Positions 9,618 through 18,343 of a stretch of DNA of 64,000 nt are shown one piece after another. Source of the DNA: Candidatus Pampinifervens sinense (GTDB lineage Bacteria; Aquificota; Aquificia; Aquificales; Aquificaceae). The notes under the pieces are model-generated. The model did no database searches. It saw nothing but the letters and a program-made list of their open reading frames with translations, and had not been told where the DNA came from. How positions within the stretch are numbered: position 1 is the stretch's first letter; each line of letters begins with the position of its first letter. The stretch is from positions 96,001 through 160,000 of the forward strand of contig JAXSPP010000001.1 in the NCBI GenBank assembly GCA_037927135.1. Direction: 5' to 3'. The position numbers were made by a program, and so were the translations under genes.

Positions 9618-11168
9618 ATGCTGGTAAGGTTAAGCCTTGAAAACTTTTTTCTCATAAAGGGTGAAGAGCTCCACTTTGATAAAGGGCTAAACGTGATAAC
9701 GGGTGAGACGGGAACAGGAAAGTCTCTCACTGTCTCTTCACTTCTATTCTTAATGGGTGAAGAGGGTGAATACCCAGAAGGCACATGCGTAGAGGCAGAG
9801 CTTTTCTCCGAGGGTGAAAGTGTGGTTTTAAGAAGGGAGATAGTAAAAGGAAGGAGCAGGTATTACCTTAATGGAAGGGGTAGCAACAGAAGGGTAGTAG
9901 AAGAAATCCTTTCTTCTCAGGTGCTTCTCCAGGGTCAGAACGATAGGACAAAGATAACACGCCTGGACTTTCAGAGGGATGTTTATGATAGGTTTGTGAA
10001 GGCACTTGAGGCAAGGAGCAGGGTGGAGAAGGTTTATGAGGAGGTTTTGGACCTAAGGGAAAGGCTAAGGAATATAAGAGAAAGGAGGATTGAAAGGGAG
10101 ATAAGGAGAAGACTCCTTGAGGAGGAGGTAAAAGAAATAGAAGGCATAGGCCTCTCTCCAGAGTCTTATGAGCAAGTCAAGAAAAGGCTTGAAGAGATAA
10201 ACTTGGCCGAAAGGATAAACAACCTTGTGCTTTCGGCCCTTTCTGGCCTTGAGGCAGGCGCAGAAGGTCTAAAGGTGGCAAGCAAGGCCCTAAGGGAACT
10301 TTCAAGCTTTAAAGATGTAAAGGAACAACTGGAAGGTCTTGAGCCAATAAGGGATGTGCTGTTTGAGATAGAGAGGTCTCTGAAGGCTATGCTTGTCTCC
10401 TACAGCCAAGAGGAGCTTGACAGCCTGAACGAGAAGGTCTTTAAGGTTCAAAGGCTTGAAAGAAGGTATGGCATGAGCTATAGAGAGCTTTGGGACCACA
10501 TGCAAAGGCTAAAGGAGGAGCTAAGGAAACTTGAGGAGGAAGAAAGCCCAGAGAAGCTGGAAGAAGAACTAAAAAGGAAGGAGGAGGAGCTTGAAAGGTT
10601 ATACGATGAGCTAAGCCAGATAAGGCAGAGGGGGAAGGAGGAGTTTGAAAGGAGGGTTTTGGAGTATTTAAAGGATATGGGGCTTGAGAGGGCAAGCTTT
10701 AGGGTGCATTTTGAAGAGAAGGCGGGAAGGTATGGTAAAGAGCAGGTAAAGTTTCTCTTCTCTTCCTATGGGAGGGATGAAAAAGAGATCTCCGATGTGG
10801 CTTCTGGTGGTGAGATATCAAGGCTTTCTCTTGCCCTCTTTATGCTTTCGCCACCTGCCCAGACCTACGTTTTGGATGAGGTGGATGCTGGCATAAGCGG
10901 TATTACTTCCATAAGGCTTGCAAAGCTTTTGAGGGAGCTTTCAAAAAACACCCAGCTTATAGTCATAACTCATCAGCCAGCGGTGGCTTGCGCAGGAGAC
11001 AAGCACTTTACTACAAAAAAAGAATACATGGGGGACATTCCCTTTATCAAAGTGGTTGAACTGCAAGAAGAGGAGCGCCTTGAGGAGATAGCAAGGCTTA
11101 TGGGGAAGGTGAATGAAAACACCCTAAGGGGTGCAAAGGACCTAATAAGGGAGGTTTGCGGTGTTTGA
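9618..11168 (+). CDS. recN: DNA repair protein RecN
   Basis: [10 protein letters not shown], coiled coil, ASGGEISRL, DEVDAG, ITHQP, EIARL. Confidence 0.9.
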   Translation: MLVRLSLENFFLIKGEELHFDKGLNVITGETGTGKSLTVSSLLFLMGEEGEYPEGTCVEAELFSEGESVVLRREIVKGRSRYYLNGRGSNRRVVEEILSSQVLLQGQNDRTKITRLDFQRDVYDRFVKALEARSRVEKVYEEVLDLRERLRNIRERRIEREIRRRLLEEEVKEIEGIGLSPESYEQVKKRLEEINLAERINNLVLSALSGLEAGAEGLKVASKALRELSSFKDVKEQLEGLEPIRDVLFEIERSLKAMLVSYSQEELDSLNEKVFKVQRLERRYGMSYRELWDHMQRLKEELRKLEEEESPEKLEEELKRKEEELERLYDELSQIRQRGKEEFERRVLEYLKDMGLERASFRVHFEEKAGRYGKEQVKFLFSSYGRDEKEISDVASGGEISRLSLALFMLSPPAQTYVLDEVDAGISGITSIRLAKLLRELSKNTQLIVITHQPAVACAGDKHFTTKKEYMGDIPFIKVVELQEEERLEEIARLMGKVNENTLRGAKDLIREVCGV

Positions 11169-11835
11169 GGAGATATTAAAGATAAAGGAAAAGGTAAAGC
11201 CCTATGTGGATAGAAGATTATCTGAGTTTAAAGAGCTGGGGAAGAAGGGAAAAACCATCTTTGATTTTAGACCCTTTGCAGACTACGTGTATGAGGCAGA
11301 CCTTTTTTCCGAGCTTTGCTTTTGCATCCTTACCGCCAACTCTTCTGCCCTGATGGGTATAAAACTGCAGAAGACCATAGGCATAGAGGGCTTCAAAAGC
11401 ATGAGCTTGGAGGAGCTTGAAAAGGCCATATCTTCCGCAGGCCACAGGTTTGCCCGCCAAAGGGCAGAGAGGATAGTCAAGGCAAGGGAGAATTTTCATA
11501 AAGTGATGGAGCTTTTAAAGAACTCAAAGAATGCCAAAGAGATAAGGGAGCTTTTGAGCGATAGCTGTTCCAAGTATAAGGTGGAAGGTTTTGGCCTAAA
11601 GGAGGCCTCTCATTTTCTCAGAAACATAGGCTATGAAAACCTTGCCATAGTGGACAGGCATGTGTTCCGATACCTCAAAGAAAAGGGCCTTTTGCCAGAC
11701 TATAAGACCATCACAAGGAAGATATACCTTGAGGCGGAAAAAAGGCTTGAAGAGGTATGTGAAAGGCTTGGCATGACACAAGCAGAGCTTGACCTTTACG
11801 TTTTTTACTACAAGACGGGGAAGGTGTTGAAGTAG
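11161..11835 (+). CDS. ogg: 8-oxoguanine N-glycosylase/DNA lyase (Ogg2 type)
   Basis: FSELCFCILTAN, GLKEASHFLRN, AIVDRH, C-terminal TGKVLK. Confidence 0.9.
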   Translation: MFEEILKIKEKVKPYVDRRLSEFKELGKKGKTIFDFRPFADYVYEADLFSELCFCILTANSSALMGIKLQKTIGIEGFKSMSLEELEKAISSAGHRFARQRAERIVKARENFHKVMELLKNSKNAKEIRELLSDSCSKYKVEGFGLKEASHFLRNIGYENLAIVDRHVFRYLKEKGLLPDYKTITRKIYLEAEKRLEEVCERLGMTQAELDLYVFYYKTGKVLK

Positions 11836-11879
11836 CTTTATCCCTGCAACACCCCTTTTCTAATCCAAGTCTTTCAAGC

Positions 11880-12063
11880 TTTCCGCGAAGGGGTCAATGG
11901 GCCTATGCTTGTCTGAATTAGATGTATCAAGGCTCAGAAGCATTTTGACATTTTATCTCAATTCCCAACTGGAGGTTCGCGGAAAAACAACCCCACTTGA
12001 AGCACTTGACAAAATTCTAAAGTTGGTGTATTATCTGTATTAGCTTTAGGTGGTAGGTGGTGG
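11880..12063 (+). promoter_or_regulatory. CRISPR leader-like region with sigma70 promoter
   Basis: 10-bp inverted repeat TTTCCGCGAA (11880-11889)/TTCGCGGAAA (11976-11985); TTGACA (12006-12011)-N17-TATTAT (12029-12034) pointing at the repeat. Confidence 0.7.
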
Positions 12064-12129
12064 GTTTTATCTGAACTGTGTGGGATGTAAAGCACTTTTT
12101 AGCATGAGTTTTTCAAAATCTTAAGAGGA
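12064..12129 (+). CRISPR. Solitary CRISPR repeat (29 nt, 12064-12092) plus a 37-nt spacer-like segment
   Basis: GTTTTATCTGAACTGTGTGGGATGTAAAG resembles Aquificae-type repeats as recalled (GTTT...GAAC.GTGTGGG...TAAAG); only one copy seen. Confidence 0.7.
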
Positions 12130-12200
12130 GTGGAAGAGTAAGCAAAGGAAAATAAAGCATAAAAGCATAAATAGAGGTATTCCCTTTTTCGCTTTTCCAC
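12130..12200 (+). other. Long imperfect hairpin closing the repeat-spacer unit
   Basis: GTGGAAGAGT..AAAGGAAAATA (12130-12154) pairs with TATTCCCTTT..GCTTTTCCAC (12178-12200). Confidence 0.55.
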
Positions 12201-12244
12201 AAGGCCTTTTACAAAAACAGCGCCATTAGCCTATATTTATTCCT

Positions 12245-12754
12245 ATGAGAACTATAAGCAAAGAACAGTTAAAGGAACTTTACGATAAGGACTTTCCACT
12301 GTGGGTAGAGATTAACTTAGAGCTTCTCAAGGAAAAAGCCTATGATTTGGTGGACTGGGAAAATCTCCTTGAGGAGATAGAGGATATGGCAAGGTCAGAT
12401 TTAAAAGCTTGTATTAGCTATTTAGCGGTTATTTTGGAACATCTTTATAAGTGGGATCACTTTAGAGAACTCACGAAGGCTGGGAAGGAAAGGGGAGGAC
12501 TAAGCTGGATAAGAAGTGTAGAGAATGCAAGGGATGAAATAGACGTGCTATTCTATAGATACCCAAGCCTAAGGCAAAAGCTACCAAAGGAGCTTCAGTC
12601 TGCTTGGGTTGAAGCCAGAAAGAACTTAAGAAGATGGTTAAGGGAATTGGGAGAGGATACGGACAAGTATTTTATTCCAGAAGATTGTCCATACACCTAC
12701 GAAGAGGCAATGACAAGAGATTTAAGGAAGGAGATGAAAAGGCTTAAAGAATAG
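12245..12754 (+). CDS. DUF29 family protein
   Basis: LYDKDF..W, DWENLLEEIEDM, LEHLYKW and PEDCPY motifs. Confidence 0.85.
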   Translation: MRTISKEQLKELYDKDFPLWVEINLELLKEKAYDLVDWENLLEEIEDMARSDLKACISYLAVILEHLYKWDHFRELTKAGKERGGLSWIRSVENARDEIDVLFYRYPSLRQKLPKELQSAWVEARKNLRRWLRELGEDTDKYFIPEDCPYTYEEAMTRDLRKEMKRLKE

Positions 12755-12765
12755 AATTATATCTC

Positions 12766-14373
12766 ATGAAGCTCTTTATAGTGGAGAGTCCTACTAAAGC
12801 TAAGACTATTGCCAAATATCTTGGGAAGGATTGGACAGTAAAAGCTACCTTAGGGCATATTAAGGATCTTCCTGAGGACCATCTTGGTATTGATGAGGAG
12901 ACCCTAAGGCCCACCTTTGTATGGATTAGAGGCAAAAAGGCCCTTATGGAGCAGATAAAAAGGATAGCTCAAAAGGCGCAGGCTATATATATAGGCACAG
13001 ACCCAGACCGAGAGGGAGAGGCTATTGCTTACTTTGTTTATAAAGAGCTGGAAAAGCTAAAGAAGCCCATAAGTAGAGTGGTCTTTTATGAGATAACAGA
13101 GCGCGCTATAAGGGAGTCTTTGCAGAATCCAAGGGATGTAGATATGAACCTTGTTAAGGCACAGTTTGCCAGAAGAATACTTGACAGGCTTATAGGTTAT
13201 AAGCTTTCACCCTACCTTTGGAAGGCCTTTAACAAGAATACCCTATCCATAGGCAGGGTTCAATCGCCAGCCTTAAGGCTTATTGTGGAAAGAGAAAAAG
13301 AGATACTAAGCTTTAGGAAAAAGGAGTATTACTACATAAAGGTCATCTTTGAAAAGGATGGGATAGAGTTTTCAGCCCTTTGGGACTATAGGTTTGAAAG
13401 GCCAGAAAATGCTAAGCCTTACCTTGAGAAGATAAAAGACGCTCTCTTTGAGGTGGTAGAGTATAAGGAGGAGAGAGAAAGAAAGCAACCGCCAGCACCT
13501 TTTATAACCTCAAGCTTGCAGGCTACAGCCAACAGTCTATTGGGGATGAGCGTGGAGGAGGTGCAAAGGATCGCCCAAAGGCTATACGAGGAAGGCTATA
13601 TAACCTATCCAAGAACAGACAGCCATAGGATGAATCCTCAGAAGGCAGAGGAGTTTATGAAATACATTGAAAGGGTTTATGGAAAGGGTTATGTGGGAAG
13701 GCTGAGAACCTTTAGGGATAGATCGGTGGCGCAGGGTGCTCATGAGTGTATAAGGCCTACTTCTATAGACTATCCACCTTTGCAAGGCAAAGAAAGAGAG
13801 TTGTATGAGCTTATACTGAGGAGAACTCTGGCCAGTCTTATGGCACCAGCCCTTCTTTTAAAGAAGAAGGCTGTTCTTGCACCGCTTTATGAGAGGAAAA
13901 AGGGAGAGAATATGATGTTTGTGGCTAAGGGTAGTGAGCTTGTCTTTGAAGGCTACCTTAAAGCCTACCCAGAAGGTTTGGAGCTTGTCAAACTTCCAAA
14001 CCTCAAAAGGGGTGAGATCCTAAAGCCCAAAAAGATAACCCTTGAAAAGAGGCAAACACAGCCTCCACCAAGGTATACGGAGGGTAGCTTGGTTAAAAAG
14101 CTTGAGGAGCTGGGCATAGGCAGGCCGTCCACTTATGCGGTAATAGTCAAAACGCTAAAAGAAAGGGGTTATATTGTGGAAGAAAAGGGTTATCTTAAGC
14201 CTACGGAGTTGGCCTTTAAGGTAATGGAATTCATACAGGAAAAGTTTCCAAAGGTTGTTGATTACAAGTTTACAGCGAAGATGGAGGAGGGCCTAGATAA
14301 AGTAGAGGAGGGGAAGGAGGATTGGAGGGCCTTGGTAAGGAGCTTCTTCTCTTCCATAGGGGAAGGTCTATAA
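12766..14373 (+). CDS. topA: DNA topoisomerase I (type IA, no C-terminal zinc ribbons)
   Basis: IVESPTKAKTI, DPDREGE, GRVQSPAL, ITYPRTD, GIGRPSTY. Confidence 0.93.
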   Translation: MKLFIVESPTKAKTIAKYLGKDWTVKATLGHIKDLPEDHLGIDEETLRPTFVWIRGKKALMEQIKRIAQKAQAIYIGTDPDREGEAIAYFVYKELEKLKKPISRVVFYEITERAIRESLQNPRDVDMNLVKAQFARRILDRLIGYKLSPYLWKAFNKNTLSIGRVQSPALRLIVEREKEILSFRKKEYYYIKVIFEKDGIEFSALWDYRFERPENAKPYLEKIKDALFEVVEYKEERERKQPPAPFITSSLQATANSLLGMSVEEVQRIAQRLYEEGYITYPRTDSHRMNPQKAEEFMKYIERVYGKGYVGRLRTFRDRSVAQGAHECIRPTSIDYPPLQGKERELYELILRRTLASLMAPALLLKKKAVLAPLYERKKGENMMFVAKGSELVFEGYLKAYPEGLELVKLPNLKRGEILKPKKITLEKRQTQPPPRYTEGSLVKKLEELGIGRPSTYAVIVKTLKERGYIVEEKGYLKPTELAFKVMEFIQEKFPKVVDYKFTAKMEEGLDKVEEGKEDWRALVRSFFSSIGEGL

Positions 14374-14383
14374 TATTAAAGCT

Positions 14384-14914
14384 ATGGAGAAGGCTAAGAT
14401 AGGTGTTTTGACCGTTTCAGACAGGGCAAGCAGGGGAGAGTATGAGGACATCAGCGGTAAGTATATCATAGAGTATCTGAAGGATGTTTTGACATCTCCT
14501 TTTGAAGTTGTATACAGAATTGTTCCAGATGAACAGGATCTGATAGAGGGAGCTCTTATCCATATGGCCGATGTGGAAGGGTGTTGTCTTATTTTGACCA
14601 CAGGCGGGACAGGCCCAGCGCCAAGGGATGTTACACCGGAGGCTACCATGAGGGTATGTCAAAAGATTCTTCCGGGGTTTGGAGAGCTTATGAGAGCTGT
14701 TTCCTTAAAGCAGGTGCCTACGGCCATCCTATCTCGCCAGATAGCAGGTATAAGAAACAAAACGCTTATCATAAACCTTCCTGGTAGGCCCCAATCCATT
14801 AAAGTATGCCTAGATGCGGTGTTTCCAGCCATACCTTACTGCATAGACCTTATAGGTGGTCCATACCTCACCACCGATGAAAGCAAGATAAAGGCCTTTA
14901 GGCCTTCAAAGTAG
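14384..14914 (+). CDS. mog: Molybdopterin adenylyltransferase MogA
   Basis: TVSDRAS, TTGGTGPAPRDVTPEAT, AILSRQ, NLPG. Confidence 0.92.
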   Translation: MEKAKIGVLTVSDRASRGEYEDISGKYIIEYLKDVLTSPFEVVYRIVPDEQDLIEGALIHMADVEGCCLILTTGGTGPAPRDVTPEATMRVCQKILPGFGELMRAVSLKQVPTAILSRQIAGIRNKTLIINLPGRPQSIKVCLDAVFPAIPYCIDLIGGPYLTTDESKIKAFRPSK

Positions 14915-14915
14915 C

Positions 14916-15158
14916 TTACCTTTTTCTGTAAAACCTCAAAAGCTTTCCATCCCTCGCGTCAATTATGGCCGTTCCCTCCGTACCCCTTACCCTATAGTAG
15001 CATTCGCCGGTCTTTTTGTTCTGGGAAAGCTGTGTGGACTGGACTGTTCCAACATACTGCTTTGCACTGCTTATTGCCTGTTCTATGCTTATCACATTTG
15101 GACACTCTAGGGCAAAGGCACAGGCTAATGTAAAGAACATCATATACAAAAGCTTCAT
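14916..15158 (-). CDS. Small exported PepSY-domain protein
   Basis: Signal peptide, ISIEQAI..A, YYRV, IDARDGKLL. Confidence 0.65.
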   Translation of the reverse strand: MKLLYMMFFTLACAFALECPNVISIEQAISSAKQYVGTVQSTQLSQNKKTGECYYRVRGTEGTAIIDARDGKLLRFYRKR

Positions 15159-15203
15159 CTCCCTTACCCCCTGTTTATATCATAAGGGGCCAAAGGCCCC
15201 TTT

Positions 15204-15713
15204 TTATAGGAGCTCTTTTACCTTTCCAACCACCTCGTCGTAGTTGGGCTCTTGAGTTATCTCCGGTACAAGCTGTATGTAAGCTATCTTACCTTCCTTA
15301 TCAACAACAAAGATAGCCCTTGCAAGTATGCCCTTTAGTGCTCCTTCTGATATAAGCACACCGTACTTTTCCATGTCCCTATAGCGAAAATCGGAGGCTA
15401 CCACCACATTGCCGATGTTGAAGCTTTCGCAAAATCTCTTTTGAGCGAAGGGAAGGTCCATGGATACCACATAAACCTCCACGCCTTCCATGCCCGCCAT
15501 AAGTTCGTTAAACTTCTTTGTCTCCGTTTCACATACTGGTGTATCAAGGGAAGGAACGGTTACGATAACTTGCACCTTATCCTTTTTACCGCCTATAGCT
15601 ATCTCCTGCAGATCCTTTGTGACCACATAGGCCACAGGAGCAGGGTCTCCTACCTTCAAAGTTGGTCCGCAAAGGGCCACAGGATTTCCCTTAAGATTTA
15701 CAGTCTGTGCCAT
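15204..15713 (-). CDS. tpx: Thiol peroxidase
   Basis: VPSLDTPVC, SMDLPFAQKRFC, EPNYD. Confidence 0.93.
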   Translation of the reverse strand: MAQTVNLKGNPVALCGPTLKVGDPAPVAYVVTKDLQEIAIGGKKDKVQVIVTVPSLDTPVCETETKKFNELMAGMEGVEVYVVSMDLPFAQKRFCESFNIGNVVVASDFRYRDMEKYGVLISEGALKGILARAIFVVDKEGKIAYIQLVPEITQEPNYDEVVGKVKELL

Positions 15714-15773
15714 GGTATAACCTCCTTTTGTTTTTTGGCTATTTTAAAGGTTTTCCTCTGATCCTTCTATGAT

Positions 15774-18332
15774 TTACATCACCGCTTCCTTCATTTTGCT
15801 TTCTGCTTCAGCTATGGTCAGCATAGTTTTTAGCACCGAGTCAGGGTTTAAAGATATGCTGTCAATGCCTTGCTCAACCAAAAAGACTGCAAAGTCTGGA
15901 AAGTCGGAAGGACCTTGTCCGCATATGCCTACCTTTTTGCCCTTCTCCTTTGCCACCTGTATAAGATGGGCTATAAACCTCTTTACCGCCTCGTTTCTCT
16001 CATCGTAAAGATGGGCCACGAGGCCCGAGTCCCTATCAATACCTAAGGTAAGTTGGGTAAGGTCGTTGGAGCCTATGGAAAAGCCGTCAAAGATTTCAGC
16101 AAACTTGTCCGCAAGGATAACGTTGCTTGGAAGCTCAGCCATCACATAAACTTCCAGGCCATTCTCCCCTCTCTTTAGACCATATTCTTCCATGACCTTT
16201 AGTACCTTTTCACCCTCCTCTGGTGTTCTGCAGAAGGGCACCATAACCTTTGTATTGGTAAGCCCCATCTTATTCCTTACCCTTAGTATGGCTTGACACT
16301 CAAGACCAAAGGCCTCTTTGTACGCATCCGAATAGTATCTTGAAGCACCTCTCCAGCCAAGCATAGGATTTTCTTCCTCTGGCTCAAAAAGCTCACCACC
16401 TATTAAGCCTTTATACTCGTTGGATTTAAAATCGGAAAACCTCACTATCACTGGGTTAGGATAGAAGGCTGCCGCTATTTTAGCAATACCGTAGGAGAGC
16501 TTTTTGACAAAGTATTGTGCCTTGTCCTCATAACCAAAGGTAAGGTTTTCTATATCCTCTATAAGCTTTTGAAGGTTTATCTGCTTTCTATCTTTGCCTT
16601 TTGCCAACTTTTCTGAGAGGGGTGGTTTGGCATATCTGTATATGGTTGACATGCTTACATTACCCTTTTCGTCCAAAAGGCCTTGTGCCTTTAACTCTTC
16701 GTAAAGCCCCTTTATCTCCTCATAATGAAGCAGTGCCAATGGATGTATCTTTATGTAGTTGGCTATTATGAACTCTTCCCTTGCCAAACCTACACCATCG
16801 TTGGGTATGGAAGAGTATTTGAAGGCTGACTCTGGATTTCCAACGTTCATCATAATCTTTGTGCGGGTTTTGGGAAGGCTTTCAAGGTTTATCTCCTCCA
16901 CCTGATAGGGTACATACCCTTCATAAACATAGCCTATTTCTCCTTCTGCACAAGAAAGGGTCACCTCCATGCCAGTTTTTAGTATCTCAGTGGCCTTATG
17001 GGTTCCTACCACAGCAGGAATGCCTAGCTCCCTTGCCACTATGGCTGCATGGGCCGTTCTCCCACCCCTGTTGGTAATTATACCTGAGGCCTTCTTCATT
17101 ATAGGCTCCCAGTCTGGGTCTGTTATGTCGGTGACGAGTATCTCTCCCTCTTGAAACTGTCCGGCGTCCTTCAGATCATGAATTACCCTCACCCTTCCAT
17201 GGGCTATCTTATCCCCTACCGCTATACCGTAAACTATCCTCTTTTTTATCCTCTCTTCCAAGGGCTCTGTAAACTTATAAACCTTTAGAATGTTGGCCTC
17301 CTTCCTTGAATGTACCGTTTCTGGCCTTGCCTGCACTATAAAAAGCTGGTTAAGAAGGCCATCCTTTGCCCATTCTATATCCATAGGCATCCATCTTCCA
17401 TTCTTCTTTGAGTAGTACTCCTCTATAAGTATGCCCCACCTTGCCAGCTGTAGTATCTCATCGTCGGATAAGGCAAAGCGTTTTTGCTCTTGCAGAGGCA
17501 CATTTACGATCTTTACCCTCTCTTGACCCACACCGTATACCATCTTCCTGTCCTTTCTTCCCAACTTCTTCTCTATTATGGCCGAGTAGCCTGCCTGCAG
17601 GGTAGGCTTGAACACCATGTATTCATCTGGGGTCACCATACCTTGCACAAGAAGCTCTCCAAGGCCATAAGAGGCGTTTATGACCACCACATCCTTAAAG
17701 CCCGATTCTGTATCTATGGTGAACATCACCCCAGAGGCTCCAAGGTCAGACCTTACCATCTTTTGGATACCCATGGCTATACCTACCTTAAAGTGGTCAA
17801 AGCCGAAGGATTCTCTGTAGGATATGGCCCTATCGGTAAAGAGGGAGGCAAAGCCATTTTTCACAGCTGTGAGCACATTTTCAGCACCCACCACGTTAAG
17901 GTAGGTCTCTTGCTGTCCTGCAAAGGAGGCGTGGGGTAGGTCTTCTGCCGTTGCTGAAGAACGCACAGCCACATCCACAGCAAAGGAACCATACCTTTCA
18001 GAAAGCTTTTGATAATACTCTTTTATCCCTTCCTCTATCTCTTTAGGGAAGTCTCCACCCTTTATAAGCTCCCTTATTTGATGTCCTCTTCTTGCAAGGT
18101 CCTCCACGTTTTTAGGGTCTAGGCCCTTCAATATTTTCCTTATTTCCTCCTCCAGCCTATTGTACCTTAGAAATTCGTAATAACATTCGGAGGTGACTAC
18201 AAAGCCATAAGGAACATTTACACCTAGGGAAGAGAGGTTTCTTATCATCTCACCTAAAGAAGCGTTCTTGCCCCCCACCAAGGGTATGTCTTCAATACCC
18301 ACTTCATCTAACCAAACTAAATACTTCTTCAT
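15774..18332 (-). CDS. ppsA: Phosphoenolpyruvate synthase
   Basis: VGGKNASLGEM, AVRSSATAEDL, GGRTAHAAI, EENPMLGWRG, IGSNDLTQ. Confidence 0.95.
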   Translation of the reverse strand: MKKYLVWLDEVGIEDIPLVGGKNASLGEMIRNLSSLGVNVPYGFVVTSECYYEFLRYNRLEEEIRKILKGLDPKNVEDLARRGHQIRELIKGGDFPKEIEEGIKEYYQKLSERYGSFAVDVAVRSSATAEDLPHASFAGQQETYLNVVGAENVLTAVKNGFASLFTDRAISYRESFGFDHFKVGIAMGIQKMVRSDLGASGVMFTIDTESGFKDVVVINASYGLGELLVQGMVTPDEYMVFKPTLQAGYSAIIEKKLGRKDRKMVYGVGQERVKIVNVPLQEQKRFALSDDEILQLARWGILIEEYYSKKNGRWMPMDIEWAKDGLLNQLFIVQARPETVHSRKEANILKVYKFTEPLEERIKKRIVYGIAVGDKIAHGRVRVIHDLKDAGQFQEGEILVTDITDPDWEPIMKKASGIITNRGGRTAHAAIVARELGIPAVVGTHKATEILKTGMEVTLSCAEGEIGYVYEGYVPYQVEEINLESLPKTRTKIMMNVGNPESAFKYSSIPNDGVGLAREEFIIANYIKIHPLALLHYEEIKGLYEELKAQGLLDEKGNVSMSTIYRYAKPPLSEKLAKGKDRKQINLQKLIEDIENLTFGYEDKAQYFVKKLSYGIAKIAAAFYPNPVIVRFSDFKSNEYKGLIGGELFEPEEENPMLGWRGASRYYSDAYKEAFGLECQAILRVRNKMGLTNTKVMVPFCRTPEEGEKVLKVMEEYGLKRGENGLEVYVMAELPSNVILADKFAEIFDGFSIGSNDLTQLTLGIDRDSGLVAHLYDERNEAVKRFIAHLIQVAKEKGKKVGICGQGPSDFPDFAVFLVEQGIDSISLNPDSVLKTMLTIAEAESKMKEAVM

Positions 18333-18343
18333 GTCCTACCTCC

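Noticed and set aside
10490-10650. GAG/GAA-rich low-complexity tracts in recN, the 46407 gene and the 55027 gene
   Set aside because: Reflect Glu/Lys-rich coiled-coil coding, not DNA repeats
12000-12022. Partial similarity of the spacer-like segment to its own promoter (AAGCACTT...CAAAAT)
   Set aside because: Short, gapped and AT-rich; not distinguishable from chance by eye
12129-12157. Possible degenerate second CRISPR repeat ending in TAAAG at the right spacing
   Set aside because: Only about 12 of 29 positions match; better explained as the 5' arm of the hairpin, though descent from a repeat cannot be excluded
16540-16720. About 50-aa insertion in PpsA considered as an intein or mobile insert
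   Set aside because: No Cys/Ser start, His-Asn end or endonuclease motifs; looks like a lineage-specific loop
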